Source of the DNA: a virus
Taxonomy: Duplodnaviria > Heunggongvirae > Uroviricota > Caudoviricetes
Strand: one strand, 5' to 3'
IMG/VR virus record: IMGVR_UViG_2861069343_000001
DNA length: 64,000 nt
The position numbers and the translations under genes were made by a program. This document shows, one piece after another, positions 44,411 to 54,800 of this stretch. Below the pieces are notes generated by a model. The model did no database searches and was not told the origin of the DNA. It was given only the letters and a program-made list of their open reading frames with translations. Position 1 is the first letter of the stretch; each line of letters starts with the position of its first letter.

Positions 44411-45262
44411 CTATTGCGCGCTTTCGGGGTTGCTGTTTACTGGCTGCCCCTTCTTAGTTTTACGGCTGCGCGTAACTGATGCGGCTGATTTGACCTTTTT
44501 CTCTTCGCGAGTGATGGCAATTTGTTTTTTTACATTTTCAATATCTGCCAGGCGATATATTTTTGCCTGCGGCCAGCGGTCGCAGATGATCGGTTCTATA
44601 GAGTCATAAAGGCTAAATTTTGCTTTCTCGAATTCACCGTTGATGATGATTCCATCACGGAGAGTTTCATCGCAGATAAACACACCACACAGCGGCACAT
44701 GGTAACTAACTGATTTACCATCATTGTAGTTAGGGCTACTGGAAATGTAATGGACGCGCAGCATTGTTTCGCTAAAGCCGTGTACACGCATACGGAATTT
44801 TTCATCCTCCGGGTACTGCTTCATTAGCTCTTTTGTTGCTTCCAGGTTCTCTATGTATTTCGCACTGTGCTCATTGATCCCCGCGCTTTTCTGGATGCGA
44901 ATGTCCTTATCAATCAGATGAATAATGCGGCCAGCGGTCATGTTGACGCTGTTCACAGCTTCTGTCTGATAAGTAGTAACCTTACGCACACCGCGAAGGA
45001 TGTTAGGCACTGGATATAAAATAGTCTTTGGGATATTGAGGTCTGGGTACTGTTCCAGTTCCCGCGCCATTAAAGTCCATTTATCAATTTCAGCCTGAAT
45101 GCTGTCCGTTTCTTTGAACGGCAGAACGACAACCGGGCGAACAGGACGACCGTCGCTGGCGGCATCAACGTGTTGGGCGCGTGCAACAGCTTTTTTTAGA
45201 AAGAGATCCCTGAAGCTGACGAACTCCTGGTACAGTTGTTCGCCGTAGACATAATTTATCAT
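44411..45262 (-). CDS. c1: C1 repressor of lysis
   Basis: 283-aa ORF between pacB and coi, with operator-like sites upstream; size matches P1 C1 as I recall. Confidence 0.85.
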   Translation of the reverse strand: MINYVYGEQLYQEFVSFRDLFLKKAVARAQHVDAASDGRPVRPVVVLPFKETDSIQAEIDKWTLMARELEQYPDLNIPKTILYPVPNILRGVRKVTTYQTEAVNSVNMTAGRIIHLIDKDIRIQKSAGINEHSAKYIENLEATKELMKQYPEDEKFRMRVHGFSETMLRVHYISSSPNYNDGKSVSYHVPLCGVFICDETLRDGIIINGEFEKAKFSLYDSIEPIICDRWPQAKIYRLADIENVKKQIAITREEKKVKSAASVTRSRKTKKGQPVNSNPESAQ

Positions 45263-45372
45263 TGATCCTCCTCCAGAATTGACATGGCCAACAACTCACA
45301 GCGGATTACACTGGGAGTTGTTGGCCACCATTATAGAAGGATCCAACGAAAATAATAGATTTATTAGTGCAT

Positions 45373-45582
45373 TTATTGTGAGTCTGGCTGGTTAGTGGCC
45401 ATGAGATATTCGATTGTGTCAGTGAGATCATCCAGGTCGTCTTGGGTGATGCGGTACTCCTGATTGGATATCTTTGAGTAGTGTTCAGCAATGGCGCGGG
45501 CAGCGTCGGTTTCGGCGGGGTCTACAGATAAAGCGTTAGAGCAATGTCTAACGTCGTCGATGGTTGGTGGAATGAAAGCCAT
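45373..45582 (-). CDS. coi: C1 inactivator Coi
   Basis: 69-aa ORF immediately upstream of c1 on the same strand. Confidence 0.65.
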   Translation of the reverse strand: MAFIPPTIDDVRHCSNALSVDPAETDAARAIAEHYSKISNQEYRITQDDLDDLTDTIEYLMATNQPDSQ

Positions 45583-45963
45583 AATTATGCCTCACTGTAT
45601 TGACAACACAGAGCCTGAAGCTCTGACCTACTGTTTCACCCATGATCCATGCTGGGGTAATCTAACAACATTGCGCTGTGTGTAAGATGAGCAATGCATA
45701 GCTGTAATGCCGTTGTATAAGGTTTCCCTGTTTGCTCATTTCCTTCTGAGCCGCTCTACAACGCTGAAGACACATTAAATAGTGAATCCAAAGTCGTATT
45801 ACGAAACGGCGGCAAAACTATAATTTATTAGAGCAATTGTCAAACAACTATGAAAAACAATCCAGTTTTTGGCTGGTGGAGTGGGATTTTTCTCTCAAAA
45901 TTTATTGCTCTAATAATTATTGATTTTTATGCGCAGCTGGACGTAAACTCCTCTTCAGACCTA

Positions 45964-45997
45964 ATAACTTCGTATAGCATACATTATACGAAGTTAT
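45964..45997. other. loxP: loxP site-specific recombination site
   Basis: Exact ATAACTTCGTATA-GCATACAT-TATACGAAGTTAT (13-bp inverted repeats, 8-bp spacer). Confidence 0.97.
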
Positions 45998-46406
45998 CTA
46001 AAGGGTTATTGAACATGATCAATTTACCTGTAAATCCATACAGTTCAATACCTTACAGGTCAAATAGTGATCATTTGATCAAGGTTGCGCTACGTAAAAT
46101 CTGCGAAATGTTGGCAGTGTTAGTGCTCCAGATTTCGCGTAGCGCACTTAGCACCACCAATCAATCAGAGGTGAAAAATGGGATATTCAGCTGCTAAAGT
46201 GTCCACTCATCTTGAGCTTGAGAAAAACCGTGGTTACTGGCGGGCAAAAGGGTTTGATCGTGATAGTTGTCAACTGTCATTATCGCGCGGTGAAGAGAAA
46301 ATAGAACGCACGCGCGGTCGCTGGCGTTTCTATGACGAGAACCATAAACAGGTAAAGGCAGAGCCGATCCTGTACACTTTACTTAAAACCATTATCTGAG
46401 TGTTAA

Positions 46407-47438
46407 ATGTCCAATTTACTGACCGTACACCAAAATTTGCCTGCATTACCGGTCGATGCAACGAGTGATGAGGTTCGCAAGAACCTGATGGACATGTTCA
46501 GGGATCGCCAGGCGTTTTCTGAGCATACCTGGAAAATGCTTCTGTCCGTTTGCCGGTCGTGGGCGGCATGGTGCAAGTTGAATAACCGGAAATGGTTTCC
46601 CGCAGAACCTGAAGATGTTCGCGATTATCTTCTATATCTTCAGGCGCGCGGTCTGGCAGTAAAAACTATCCAGCAACATTTGGGCCAGCTAAACATGCTT
46701 CATCGTCGGTCCGGGCTGCCACGACCAAGTGACAGCAATGCTGTTTCACTGGTCATGCGGCGGATCCGAAAAGAAAACGTTGATGCCGGTGAACGTGCAA
46801 AACAGGCACTGGCGTTCGAACGCACTGATTTCGACCAGGTTCGTTCACTCATAGAAAATAGCGATCGCTGCCAGGATATACGTAATCTGGCATTTCTGGG
46901 GATTGCTTATAACACCCTGTTACGTATAGCCGAAATTGCCAGGATCAGGGTTAAAGATATCTCACGTACTGACGGTGGGAGAATGTTAATCCATATTGGC
47001 AGAACGAAAACGCTGGTTAGCACCGCAGGTGTAGAGAAGGCACTTAGCCTGGGGGTAACTAAACTGGTCGAGCGATGGATTTCCGTCTCTGGTGTGGCTG
47101 ATGATCCGAATAACTACTTGTTTTGCCGGGTCAGAAAAAATGGTGTTGCCTCGCCATCATCCACCAGCCAGCTATCAACTCGCGCCCTGGAAGGGATTTT
47201 TGAAGCAACTCACCGATTGATTTACGGGGCTAAGGATGACTCTGGTCAGAGGTACCTGGCCTGGTCTGGACACAGTGCCCGTGTCGGAGCCGCGCGAGAT
47301 ATGGCCCGCGCCGGAGTTTCAATACCGGAGATCATGCAAGCTGGTGGCTGGACCAACGTAAATATTGTCATGAACTATATCCGTAACCTGGATAGTGAAA
47401 CAGGGGCAATGGTGCGCCTGCTGGAAGATGGCGATTAG
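46407..47438 (+). CDS. cre: Cre tyrosine recombinase
   Basis: 343 aa; N-terminal MSNLLTVHQNLPALPVDATSDEVRKNLMDMFRDRQAFSEHTWKMLLSVCRSWAAWCKL reads as P1 Cre; catalytic region GHSARVGAARDMARAG...NYIR; adjacent loxP. Confidence 0.97.
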   Translation: MSNLLTVHQNLPALPVDATSDEVRKNLMDMFRDRQAFSEHTWKMLLSVCRSWAAWCKLNNRKWFPAEPEDVRDYLLYLQARGLAVKTIQQHLGQLNMLHRRSGLPRPSDSNAVSLVMRRIRKENVDAGERAKQALAFERTDFDQVRSLIENSDRCQDIRNLAFLGIAYNTLLRIAEIARIRVKDISRTDGGRMLIHIGRTKTLVSTAGVEKALSLGVTKLVERWISVSGVADDPNNYLFCRVRKNGVASPSSTSQLSTRALEGIFEATHRLIYGAKDDSGQRYLAWSGHSARVGAARDMARAGVSIPEIMQAGGWTNVNIVMNYIRNLDSETGAMVRLLEDGD

Positions 47439-47488
47439 CCATTAACGCGTAAATGATTGCTCTAATTCTTTGATATTTATGGCGACAT

Positions 47489-47800
47489 ATGAGAAAGAAT
47501 TTCAACATCGACGGAAAATATGTAGTGCTGTCAGTGAGCACTAATATTCAGTCGCCAGCCGTCATTGTCACTGTAAAGCTGAGCGATAGAATGCCTGATA
47601 TTGACTCAATATCCGTTGCGTTCCCTGTCAGAAGTATGCGTAGTGCTGAACATTTCGTGATGAATGCCACCGAGGAAGAAGCACGGCGCGGTTTTGCTAA
47701 AGTGATGTCTGAGTTTGGCGAATTTTTGGGGCACGTTGACAAAGCCCTCTCAATCAGTTCAGCAAGGTCCAAAGCATTAACAGCTTCCATGATGAAATAA
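47489..47800 (+). CDS. hypothetical protein (cra-position)
   Basis: 103-aa ORF downstream of cre, preceded by an operator-like site at 47456-47472. Confidence 0.4.
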   Translation: MRKNFNIDGKYVVLSVSTNIQSPAVIVTVKLSDRMPDIDSISVAFPVRSMRSAEHFVMNATEEEARRGFAKVMSEFGEFLGHVDKALSISSARSKALTASMMK

Positions 47801-47931
47801 AAAAAGCCTGGCAAGGAGCCAGGCTGCACAAAAGAGCGGGTTTGTATTCCGCATCCAATCAATCAAGAAGGAGTATAGCACACAGGTACTGAAGTGAAAA
47901 AATGTGATTCGCGATAAACAAAATATCTACC

Positions 47932-47948
47932 ATTGCTCTAATTGATTG
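47932..47948. promoter_or_regulatory. C1-operator-like site upstream of ref
   Basis: attgctctaattgattg overlapping a tataat -10-like hexamer. Confidence 0.5.
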
Positions 47949-48015
47949 CTATAATTGAGCCGCAGTTTTTGTCAACTACGAAGACGTTGCCATTACTTAA
48001 CTCCTTGACATCATT

Positions 48016-48041
48016 GGCGGCCATCAGGCCGCCTTTTTTTT
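48016..48041 (+). terminator. intrinsic terminator in the ref leader
   Basis: ggcggcc-atca-ggccgcc hairpin followed by 8 T, 6 bp upstream of the ref ATG. Confidence 0.6.
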
Positions 48042-48046
48042 GCCAT

Positions 48047-48607
48047 ATGAAAACAATCGAACAAAAAATTGAACAGCACCGTAAGTGGCAGAAGGCAGCC
48101 AGAGAACGAGCGATCGCTCGGCAACGGGAGAAGTTGGCTGATCCGGCCTGGCGAGAATCTCAATATCAGAAAATGCGGAATACTATCGACCGCCGTATCG
48201 CTAAACAGAAAGAGCGCCCACCAGCCAGCAAAACGCGGAAAAGCGCGGTAAAAATAAAATCTCGTGGCTTGAAGGGACGAACACCGACGGCGGAGGAGCG
48301 GCGCATAGCCAATGCTCTTGGTGCTCTCCCCTGCATTGCCTGCTATATGCATGGAGTAATATCTGAAGAGGTGTCTCTGCACCATATCTCCGGTCGTACC
48401 GCGCCTGGTTGTCACAAAAAGCAATTGCCACTTTGTAGATGGCACCACCAGCATGCAGCACCGGCTGAAGTAAGAGAAAAATACCCCTGGCTGGTCCCTG
48501 TTCATGCCGATGGTGTGGTTGGAGGCAAGAAAGAATTCACCTTGCTGAACAAGTCAGAGATGGAGTTGCTGGCTGACGCTTATGAGATGGCAAACATCAT
48601 GCACTAA
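48047..48607 (+). CDS. ref: HNH endonuclease-type recombination enhancer Ref
   Basis: 186 aa from MKTIEQ; CIACYMHGV...LHHISG...CRWHHQH HNH/zinc motif; start placed after the terminator, matching the P1 Ref length as I recall. Confidence 0.75.
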   Translation: MKTIEQKIEQHRKWQKAARERAIARQREKLADPAWRESQYQKMRNTIDRRIAKQKERPPASKTRKSAVKIKSRGLKGRTPTAEERRIANALGALPCIACYMHGVISEEVSLHHISGRTAPGCHKKQLPLCRWHHQHAAPAEVREKYPWLVPVHADGVVGGKKEFTLLNKSEMELLADAYEMANIMH

Positions 48608-48796
48608 TAAATATATTATTTTTAATCTGAAATAATTGACAACTGACAAGTGACTTCAGTCAGAATCATCACATGCCCGGTACGGATGGATCCCTTTTCA
48701 AATATTCCATGGACGGCACAGTCTGAGTACCGGGCGCTACCTTCAGTTGTATTGCTAAGCCGCCGCTGGTGGCTTTTCTTTTTTATAAGGGGCGCT

Positions 48797-49438
48797 ATGG
48801 ATAAGAAAATATGCGTTGTTTCGATGAGCGTCGGCAAACCGGCGTCAATGACTGCCGCATGGATCAACAATGAGCTGATAATGGCTGAGCGGACCAGCTA
48901 CCCTGAACGCCGCCGCGATATGGAACTCCAGCTGCTGCGCGAATTGCAAGAAAAAGAGGAAAAGGGTTTTATCGTGCTGGTGGAAGAGGAAAACAGCTTT
49001 ATTACGGGTCGAGTTGGCCAGCGTGTAAGGTTGCGCGATCCCTTCATGAACGGCAGGCCGGTACTAATTGAAGCAATGCAGATTTACAAGGAGCTGGAAC
49101 GCCAGAAAGCGATCAAGTTACCGCGCAAAGAATCCGGCAAATACATCCTCCACCAAAGCATCTTCGATTCCGAACACGACAAAAAAGGCGATGAATTTTT
49201 CAACATCAACTGGAGCGAAATAACGACAGAGCACGTTCTGTCGTTGTTATGCTGCTTCGCAACGGAATATAACAACGTTGCAAGCGCCGACTACATCAGG
49301 GCAATGGCTGGAGAAGTTGAGGCCCGCCAGGAACCATCGTTACTAAGCCCTCTGATTAACATAATTCGCGGAACCCAATGTCTAGCCGACAAGCGAGTTC
49401 CTCAAGGCTTACTTACCGGCAAAGAAAACTATTTATAA
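48797..49438 (+). CDS. hypothetical protein (mat-position)
   Basis: Start moved to ATG 48797 (MDKKICVV) with SD-like aagggg; terminator-like hairpin plus T-run upstream. Confidence 0.5.
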   Translation: MDKKICVVSMSVGKPASMTAAWINNELIMAERTSYPERRRDMELQLLRELQEKEEKGFIVLVEEENSFITGRVGQRVRLRDPFMNGRPVLIEAMQIYKELERQKAIKLPRKESGKYILHQSIFDSEHDKKGDEFFNINWSEITTEHVLSLLCCFATEYNNVASADYIRAMAGEVEARQEPSLLSPLINIIRGTQCLADKRVPQGLLTGKENYL

Positions 49439-49528
49439 TTAATTACGTCAGTAGCCAATAGAGATTTTTGTTGTGGAACAAAAATATATATTTTACAATC
49501 TAGTAACTTTGGGTGGAGGATTATTACA

Positions 49529-50569
49529 ATGATGAATATTAAGCCGCTGAAAATTAGGAACAAGGTCATGAAGCCTCATAAAGCATTATTAAACCCTGAC
49601 CTAACCGCAAGGAATGTACTTACATACAGTCATTGGGATTTTGTCGAACTCTGGTTAAAGCGAAACGAAAAAGATGAGGCTCTTTTTTATTGGGAGCAAG
49701 CAAAAGTATTTAATCAGGCGGCCAATGGTTTACCCAACCAATCAGCCCCACTTTTGCACTATTATTCATTCATGAATGCAGTAAAGGCGTTACTTTCATC
49801 TCGCAATATAAACTTCAAACAGCATCATGGTGTTGCTAGGGGTGAAAATACAGCCCAAATTGATAACTTATCTGATATAAAAGTAAAAATAAAAAATGAG
49901 GGTATACTTCCGTCTTTTTCAAAATATATTGACGGCACCTCTCATGAGGGGGTGTACAATATAAAAAACCTTTTTTCTGGATTGCCATATATTCATCGTA
50001 CATATTGCCTTACTTATGATGTAACTGATGATATATTTATTCCACTGATCGATGCTGAGTTCGTTTTGAATGAGTCAGACAATAGCCTGTTTTTCACTGC
50101 GATTTTATCCAAGGATTTTCGGTTCGACACAGTTTTCGACATTCTACCGCCAGCGTTCGAATTGTTTGAAAGAGAAAAGTACAAAATAAAATCAGTAGAA
50201 TCATTACTTGATTTTAATGAAAATCAATCGTCCAACATGCCGCAATTAACTGAATTTCATCAAAAAATAAGAAGAGATCTTTACTATATCAATGGCGCAG
50301 AGACTCTTTGGTATCTCAAACGTAAAAACAATCAATCTGAGCATACTTCTGTTTCAATATCGCCATTGGTTATAACCCTAGCAGCTATGCATCGATTAAG
50401 TGAGCTATGTCGGTATGACCCACTTAAGCTAAGACAGTTACTAAATGAAAAAGAAAACTGGATTATTGCTGAATTTATTCAACAATCTCCGTCACAGTTT
50501 ATAGATGCAATTTCATCTGAAATTACTGGACACCAATTTCTTATCCCAAACGTAAGGTCTGCTTCTTAA
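49529..50569 (+). CDS. uncharacterised protein A of an AT-rich two-gene cargo module
   Basis: 346 aa; strong SD ggagga; own promoter-like TTGTGG-17bp-TACAAT upstream; AT-rich relative to flanks; no catalytic motif recognised by eye. Confidence 0.6.
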   Translation: MMNIKPLKIRNKVMKPHKALLNPDLTARNVLTYSHWDFVELWLKRNEKDEALFYWEQAKVFNQAANGLPNQSAPLLHYYSFMNAVKALLSSRNINFKQHHGVARGENTAQIDNLSDIKVKIKNEGILPSFSKYIDGTSHEGVYNIKNLFSGLPYIHRTYCLTYDVTDDIFIPLIDAEFVLNESDNSLFFTAILSKDFRFDTVFDILPPAFELFEREKYKIKSVESLLDFNENQSSNMPQLTEFHQKIRRDLYYINGAETLWYLKRKNNQSEHTSVSISPLVITLAAMHRLSELCRYDPLKLRQLLNEKENWIIAEFIQQSPSQFIDAISSEITGHQFLIPNVRSAS

Positions 50570-51078
50570 TGAATATATATATCGCATGCGCTTTAACTCA
50601 TGTTCCAAGGGAAATTTTCCATGAGTACAGTAATTGGATTCACAGCCTTGCAAAAGGTCTATCTCAAAATAACAACGTAAAATATGCTTTGATAAATAGT
50701 GACCCAGAATTATCAAAGCGCCCTGAAAGTAACAAATCTAGACTTTGTTACATTTGGGACAGAGATATGGTTGAGAAATCTGATGTAATAATTGCAGAAT
50801 GTAGTTTTCCATCAACAGGGCTAGGAATAGAGTTGCAGATTGCTGAACAGAAGAACATTCCTGTAATCATCTGTTATAAAGATTATGGGATAAATAAAAC
50901 TAAAACCATTGAATACGTGAATCCAGATGAGACTACCCATAATCTACAAGTTGGCGAGGGTTTCATTTCTCATATGGTATTAGGACTACCAAACATCCTT
51001 GATGTCATATTATGTAAAGATATTGATAACACATGCAGGAAGCTAAAAATACTGTTAGATATGATTAACCATAATTAA
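50569..51078 (+). CDS. nucleoside 2-deoxyribosyltransferase-like (SLOG/NDT-fold) protein B
   Basis: 169 aa; ATG overlaps the stop of gene A; IYIACAL ... DVIIAECSFPSTGLGIELQIAEQKNIPVII matches the NDT-family pattern (kiYlAGp ... D.GTafElGyA.a.gKPv). Confidence 0.6.
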   Translation: MNIYIACALTHVPREIFHEYSNWIHSLAKGLSQNNNVKYALINSDPELSKRPESNKSRLCYIWDRDMVEKSDVIIAECSFPSTGLGIELQIAEQKNIPVIICYKDYGINKTKTIEYVNPDETTHNLQVGEGFISHMVLGLPNILDVILCKDIDNTCRKLKILLDMINHN

Positions 51079-51136
51079 AAATTAACACCCACTTAAGATG
51101 TCTAAACCAGCCCGGTATTAACCGGGCTAGACAAAC

Positions 51137-51385
51137 TTAATCAGCATTCAGGAGCAATGCATTATCTATGATGATTTGCTCCCATTCTTCGAATGCCCGG
51201 TCGCGGACGCCCTGGGGAACGCTGTTAGTTTTGAAATCGACGACCGTACGCCATTTCCCGTCCGGGCGGTACATGCGCAGAGCTTTACTTCCCCCTTCCC
51301 TGCGCACCTCAACGTTATGCTTATCAGCAAACTCTTGTAATGCTCGTAGCGTCCCATGCTTTACTGTGTAGTATCGCTTTTTCAA
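51137..51385 (-). CDS. small protein (lxc-position)
   Basis: 82-aa ORF downstream of the darB operon on the same strand. Confidence 0.5.
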   Translation of the reverse strand: MKKRYYTVKHGTLRALQEFADKHNVEVRREGGSKALRMYRPDGKWRTVVDFKTNSVPQGVRDRAFEEWEQIIIDNALLLNAD

Positions 51386-51822
51386 GTTTTCTCTCCAGCC
51401 TGTGCCAAGGCTTCAACTTCCAAATCGTAAGACTCAAATTCATAGTCCTGGTCGTCAACTTCTTCAGGCACTGGCAGTAAATGCCAGGCTGAGTATATCT
51501 GACCATTATCAAAACGCTCCTGGCTGTAGAGCGTCGCGGCTATGAGTGTTAGAGCCGGGCGGTCATAACGGTAAATTTTGCGAACGTCACGGTCAACGAG
51601 ACGACCGAAATTACCATAACCGCGCTCCAGTAATAATTTTTTAATTTCCGGCCAGTATGGACCATAGCTGCGGTACAGGCGGGGATTTTTCAGTAATCGC
51701 CCGCGTAGCCCTGACAGGAAGAAATCAACGTATTCGTCTTCTGTCTTTCCTAACAACGCTGTACGGAGTACCGCCTCAAGATATGTTTTATTCGGTTTTA
51801 TTGTATCAGATAGTGTGGCCAT
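51382..51822 (-). CDS. hypothetical protein (ulx-position)
   Basis: 146-aa ORF between darB and the 82-aa ORF, overlapping stop/start. Confidence 0.5.
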   Translation of the reverse strand: MATLSDTIKPNKTYLEAVLRTALLGKTEDEYVDFFLSGLRGRLLKNPRLYRSYGPYWPEIKKLLLERGYGNFGRLVDRDVRKIYRYDRPALTLIAATLYSQERFDNGQIYSAWHLLPVPEEVDDQDYEFESYDLEVEALAQAGEKT

Positions 51823-51855
51823 ATTATGCGACGCCCGGCGAACCGGGCGCTCCTG

Positions 51856-54800
51856 TTATGCGTATTGTTGGATGACGGCCAGAACGTCCGCCACGTTGTG
51901 TTTTGTCTCGATAATCCACCAGTTACCCGGGAAATCGCTGTTCTTCGCCTTCGCTGGCAGCCAGCGAGCGCCGAATTTCGCCTTGATTGCGTCTTTCGCA
52001 CGGAAAAGAACGCCTTTCATGCCTGAGGCTTCCTGAAGCCCAAATACCTCGCCAGCGGCGAATTTCGGTGCGTACATCATCTTCAGGTCGGCGGTGGATA
52101 CGCGATAATTCAGACCAAGAGACTGAGCTATGCTGGTGGCATCACCCTGTATTGATGATAACTCTTCTTGTTTCTCGTTTCTGGCGGCAATTTCTTCCTC
52201 CGTGATGTTGCCAAGGGCCAGGTTTATCCGATCAGCGTCGGCCTGTTTCTCTTCATCGGTGCGCCCGGCAAGAACCGTGTTAATTCTCTGCAATATCTCC
52301 ACATGATTCTTGCGCATGCTGAGCAATTCCGGCGTAACCTCGTTAAGATCCACCAGCCCAAGGATGGCAAGGTCGGAAAACATTGATACCAGGTTGTAGG
52401 TCATGCGATAGCTGAGTTGGCCATAGGCTGATGGCAACTGCACCGCATCCATTTGATAGGCATCCATAAATTTAGAGCCGGCGTTTACGACATCCGCAAT
52501 TGCAGGTGTGATTTTCCCTGTGGTGGCGGCCTCCCTGATTGCTGTTACCCACGATTGAGTCAGTGCGGCGACTGCATGATTCAGATTGGCTTCCCGTTCT
52601 GCTGCGATGCGCGCGTTTGCTGCGTCCATTGCCTGCTTGATCTCGGCTTTATTGCTGTAAATGCCAATGGTGCCAAACTGTGCTGTGGTGATCTCATAAT
52701 CTGACGCCCGGAACTCATGGGTACCGAAAATGGCATTGGTGACCTCAAGTTCAGAATCCCCGTTACGAGTAGCCCCCTGGCTTGTTTTCTCCGGCATTTT
52801 TGCGATCGCATCCGCTATTTTCTCCTGAATTGCTTCAGGGGATAGCGTATCTCCGTATGACGCGATTACATCGCCATAATTGGAGCCAAACAATTCAACC
52901 AGGAATGTTTCTGCCGAACGGATCTGGCGGTTATTCCCTTCCGACATCATACCAAGCACCCATTTTGCAATTGACGACTTCAGCGCGCCGTCACGGCGAT
53001 CCGGGTAAACCGCATGCTTCAGTGGGTCCGTATAGGTACCAACAAAATCAATGCTATAGCCTGACTCTGTAGTCTGAACGCCGTATGAGTCAGTGATTTT
53101 GATCATGCCGCGCTGCTGGAAACGGTAGAAATCGTCACAGGAAATGATGTCGTTAATCCCGGCGATGGAGACGCCACCACTGATTTTCTGCATAACAGCA
53201 TCTTCATCGGGAGTTACATCCACCTGTTTATCCAGCGTCTTCACATCCCAGTTACCCGATTTGGTGCCTCTTAAGGTAAAGATGATCTCCACGTCTGCGC
53301 GCTGGCTGTCGAAGTCCAGCGACTTAATGCGAACGATATCACCGGCACAATCGTAGTATTGGCCTACACGCCATGAGCGATCGCCGATAACAAGGAACTC
53401 ATTCGCATGGTTAACCAGATCAGGATCAACATCCAGAATGCCTTTATTTATTGCATCCTCCACCAGCGGGCGCAGGCGTTTGATATCCGTCGCGGCCTTC
53501 TGAGTACGGTTCAATAATTTCTCATAGCGGGAGATGGCCTGAGAGATATTAGCCTTGCGCTGAATGGCGCTTTTCAACGACGCGCGATACTGTGCTAACA
53601 ACATACGGTCTGTGTGATGGACACTCCCCCAGCGGGCCTTCCAGTCTGCGTTATCCGCTGCCTTGGCCATTGCCGCCTGTTTGAATTTAGCTACCTCGGC
53701 GGTGGTCTTTTCAAGTTCCGCTTTGCTTCGCTCTAATTCAGCGGTAAGTACCTCCACATCCTCGCCAGCTGCGTGCTGCGCCTTGATGTAGTTCTGAAGG
53801 TCGATAGTAGCCTGTTCTTTCTGGCGAGCGCGTTTCGCAGCTTTCGCCTTATCCATTTGAACCTGCATCATTGCCAGACGTTCGCCGTCATCCTTCGCGG
53901 TATACATCTGCATTTCGATCATGTCATTGGCGTCGGCGTTCTCCATTTCTGACTTATCTGAACGGAGGATATCGGAGATCCAGCCTGCTTTACGCTTCAG
54001 CGTCTTCAGTCGGTATTCATCGAAAGACCCCTTGCCGCAGTAGTAGTGAACGCGAACGCTTGCACGGTTGGAACCAACTCGGGCACCGCGACCGTTACGC
54101 TGTGCGATACTGGCTGGTGTCCACGGCAACGTCAGGTGGTGGATATCCGTCGTTCCTCGATGCAGGTTGATACCCACCTCTGCCTTTTTGTTGCAGATGA
54201 TGATCGGAGTCCGGCCCTCCTGGAAGTCGGCTGCAATCTTTTCCAGACCGCCCAACGACATTTCATTTTGCTGCGCGATATAGGCGTCATACAGAGCCAT
54301 TTGCTCGTTGTATTTCGCTATCTGTGCATCTGTTGGTTCATCCGGTAGCTCTTTCGGCGGTTTAACCGCTTTCAGTTTCTTACCGGTTTTACCTGCCTCG
54401 GCAACCGTCTGAGCATTCAGGATCCCCACCTTTGAAGGTTCAAGGTTTAGAGCATTGCAGATAATGCGCTTGAGCTTCTGGTGCTGCGTTTTTTCATCGG
54501 TGAAGATGATTTGCTTACCTTCCGGGAAAAACTCCTTCAGCGTGGCGATCAGCTTCGCGTATTTGGGCGTAACGGGGTGAGTTACGGTCTGTTCGTCAAT
54601 GCCAAACCTGGCCAGGCGCTTATTCACTTCCTGCTCGAACGCTTCCGGAACCTGCAACTGAATAAACTCGCCCTTATCTATCAGGGAGTATTGCGATTGC
54701 TGCGTGATTGAATCATCACTGTCGTCGTCTTCGCTGGTGGCTTGTTTAGGCAAACTGTCCGCCAGCTGCTGCACCGCATCGGCGTACTCCGGCAGGAAAC

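Noticed and set aside
47548-47862. 104-aa minus-strand ORF overlapping the cra-position gene
   Set aside because: Contains a minus-strand terminator-like hairpin (47806-47824 with an 8-T run) inside it and lies antisense to a better-supported plus-strand ORF
49529-51078. Type III restriction-modification genes (res/mod) expected between the mat-position gene and lxc
   Set aside because: No methyltransferase (DPPY/NPPY, FxGxG) or helicase-type restriction subunit motifs are present in this interval; the space holds only the two-gene AT-rich module
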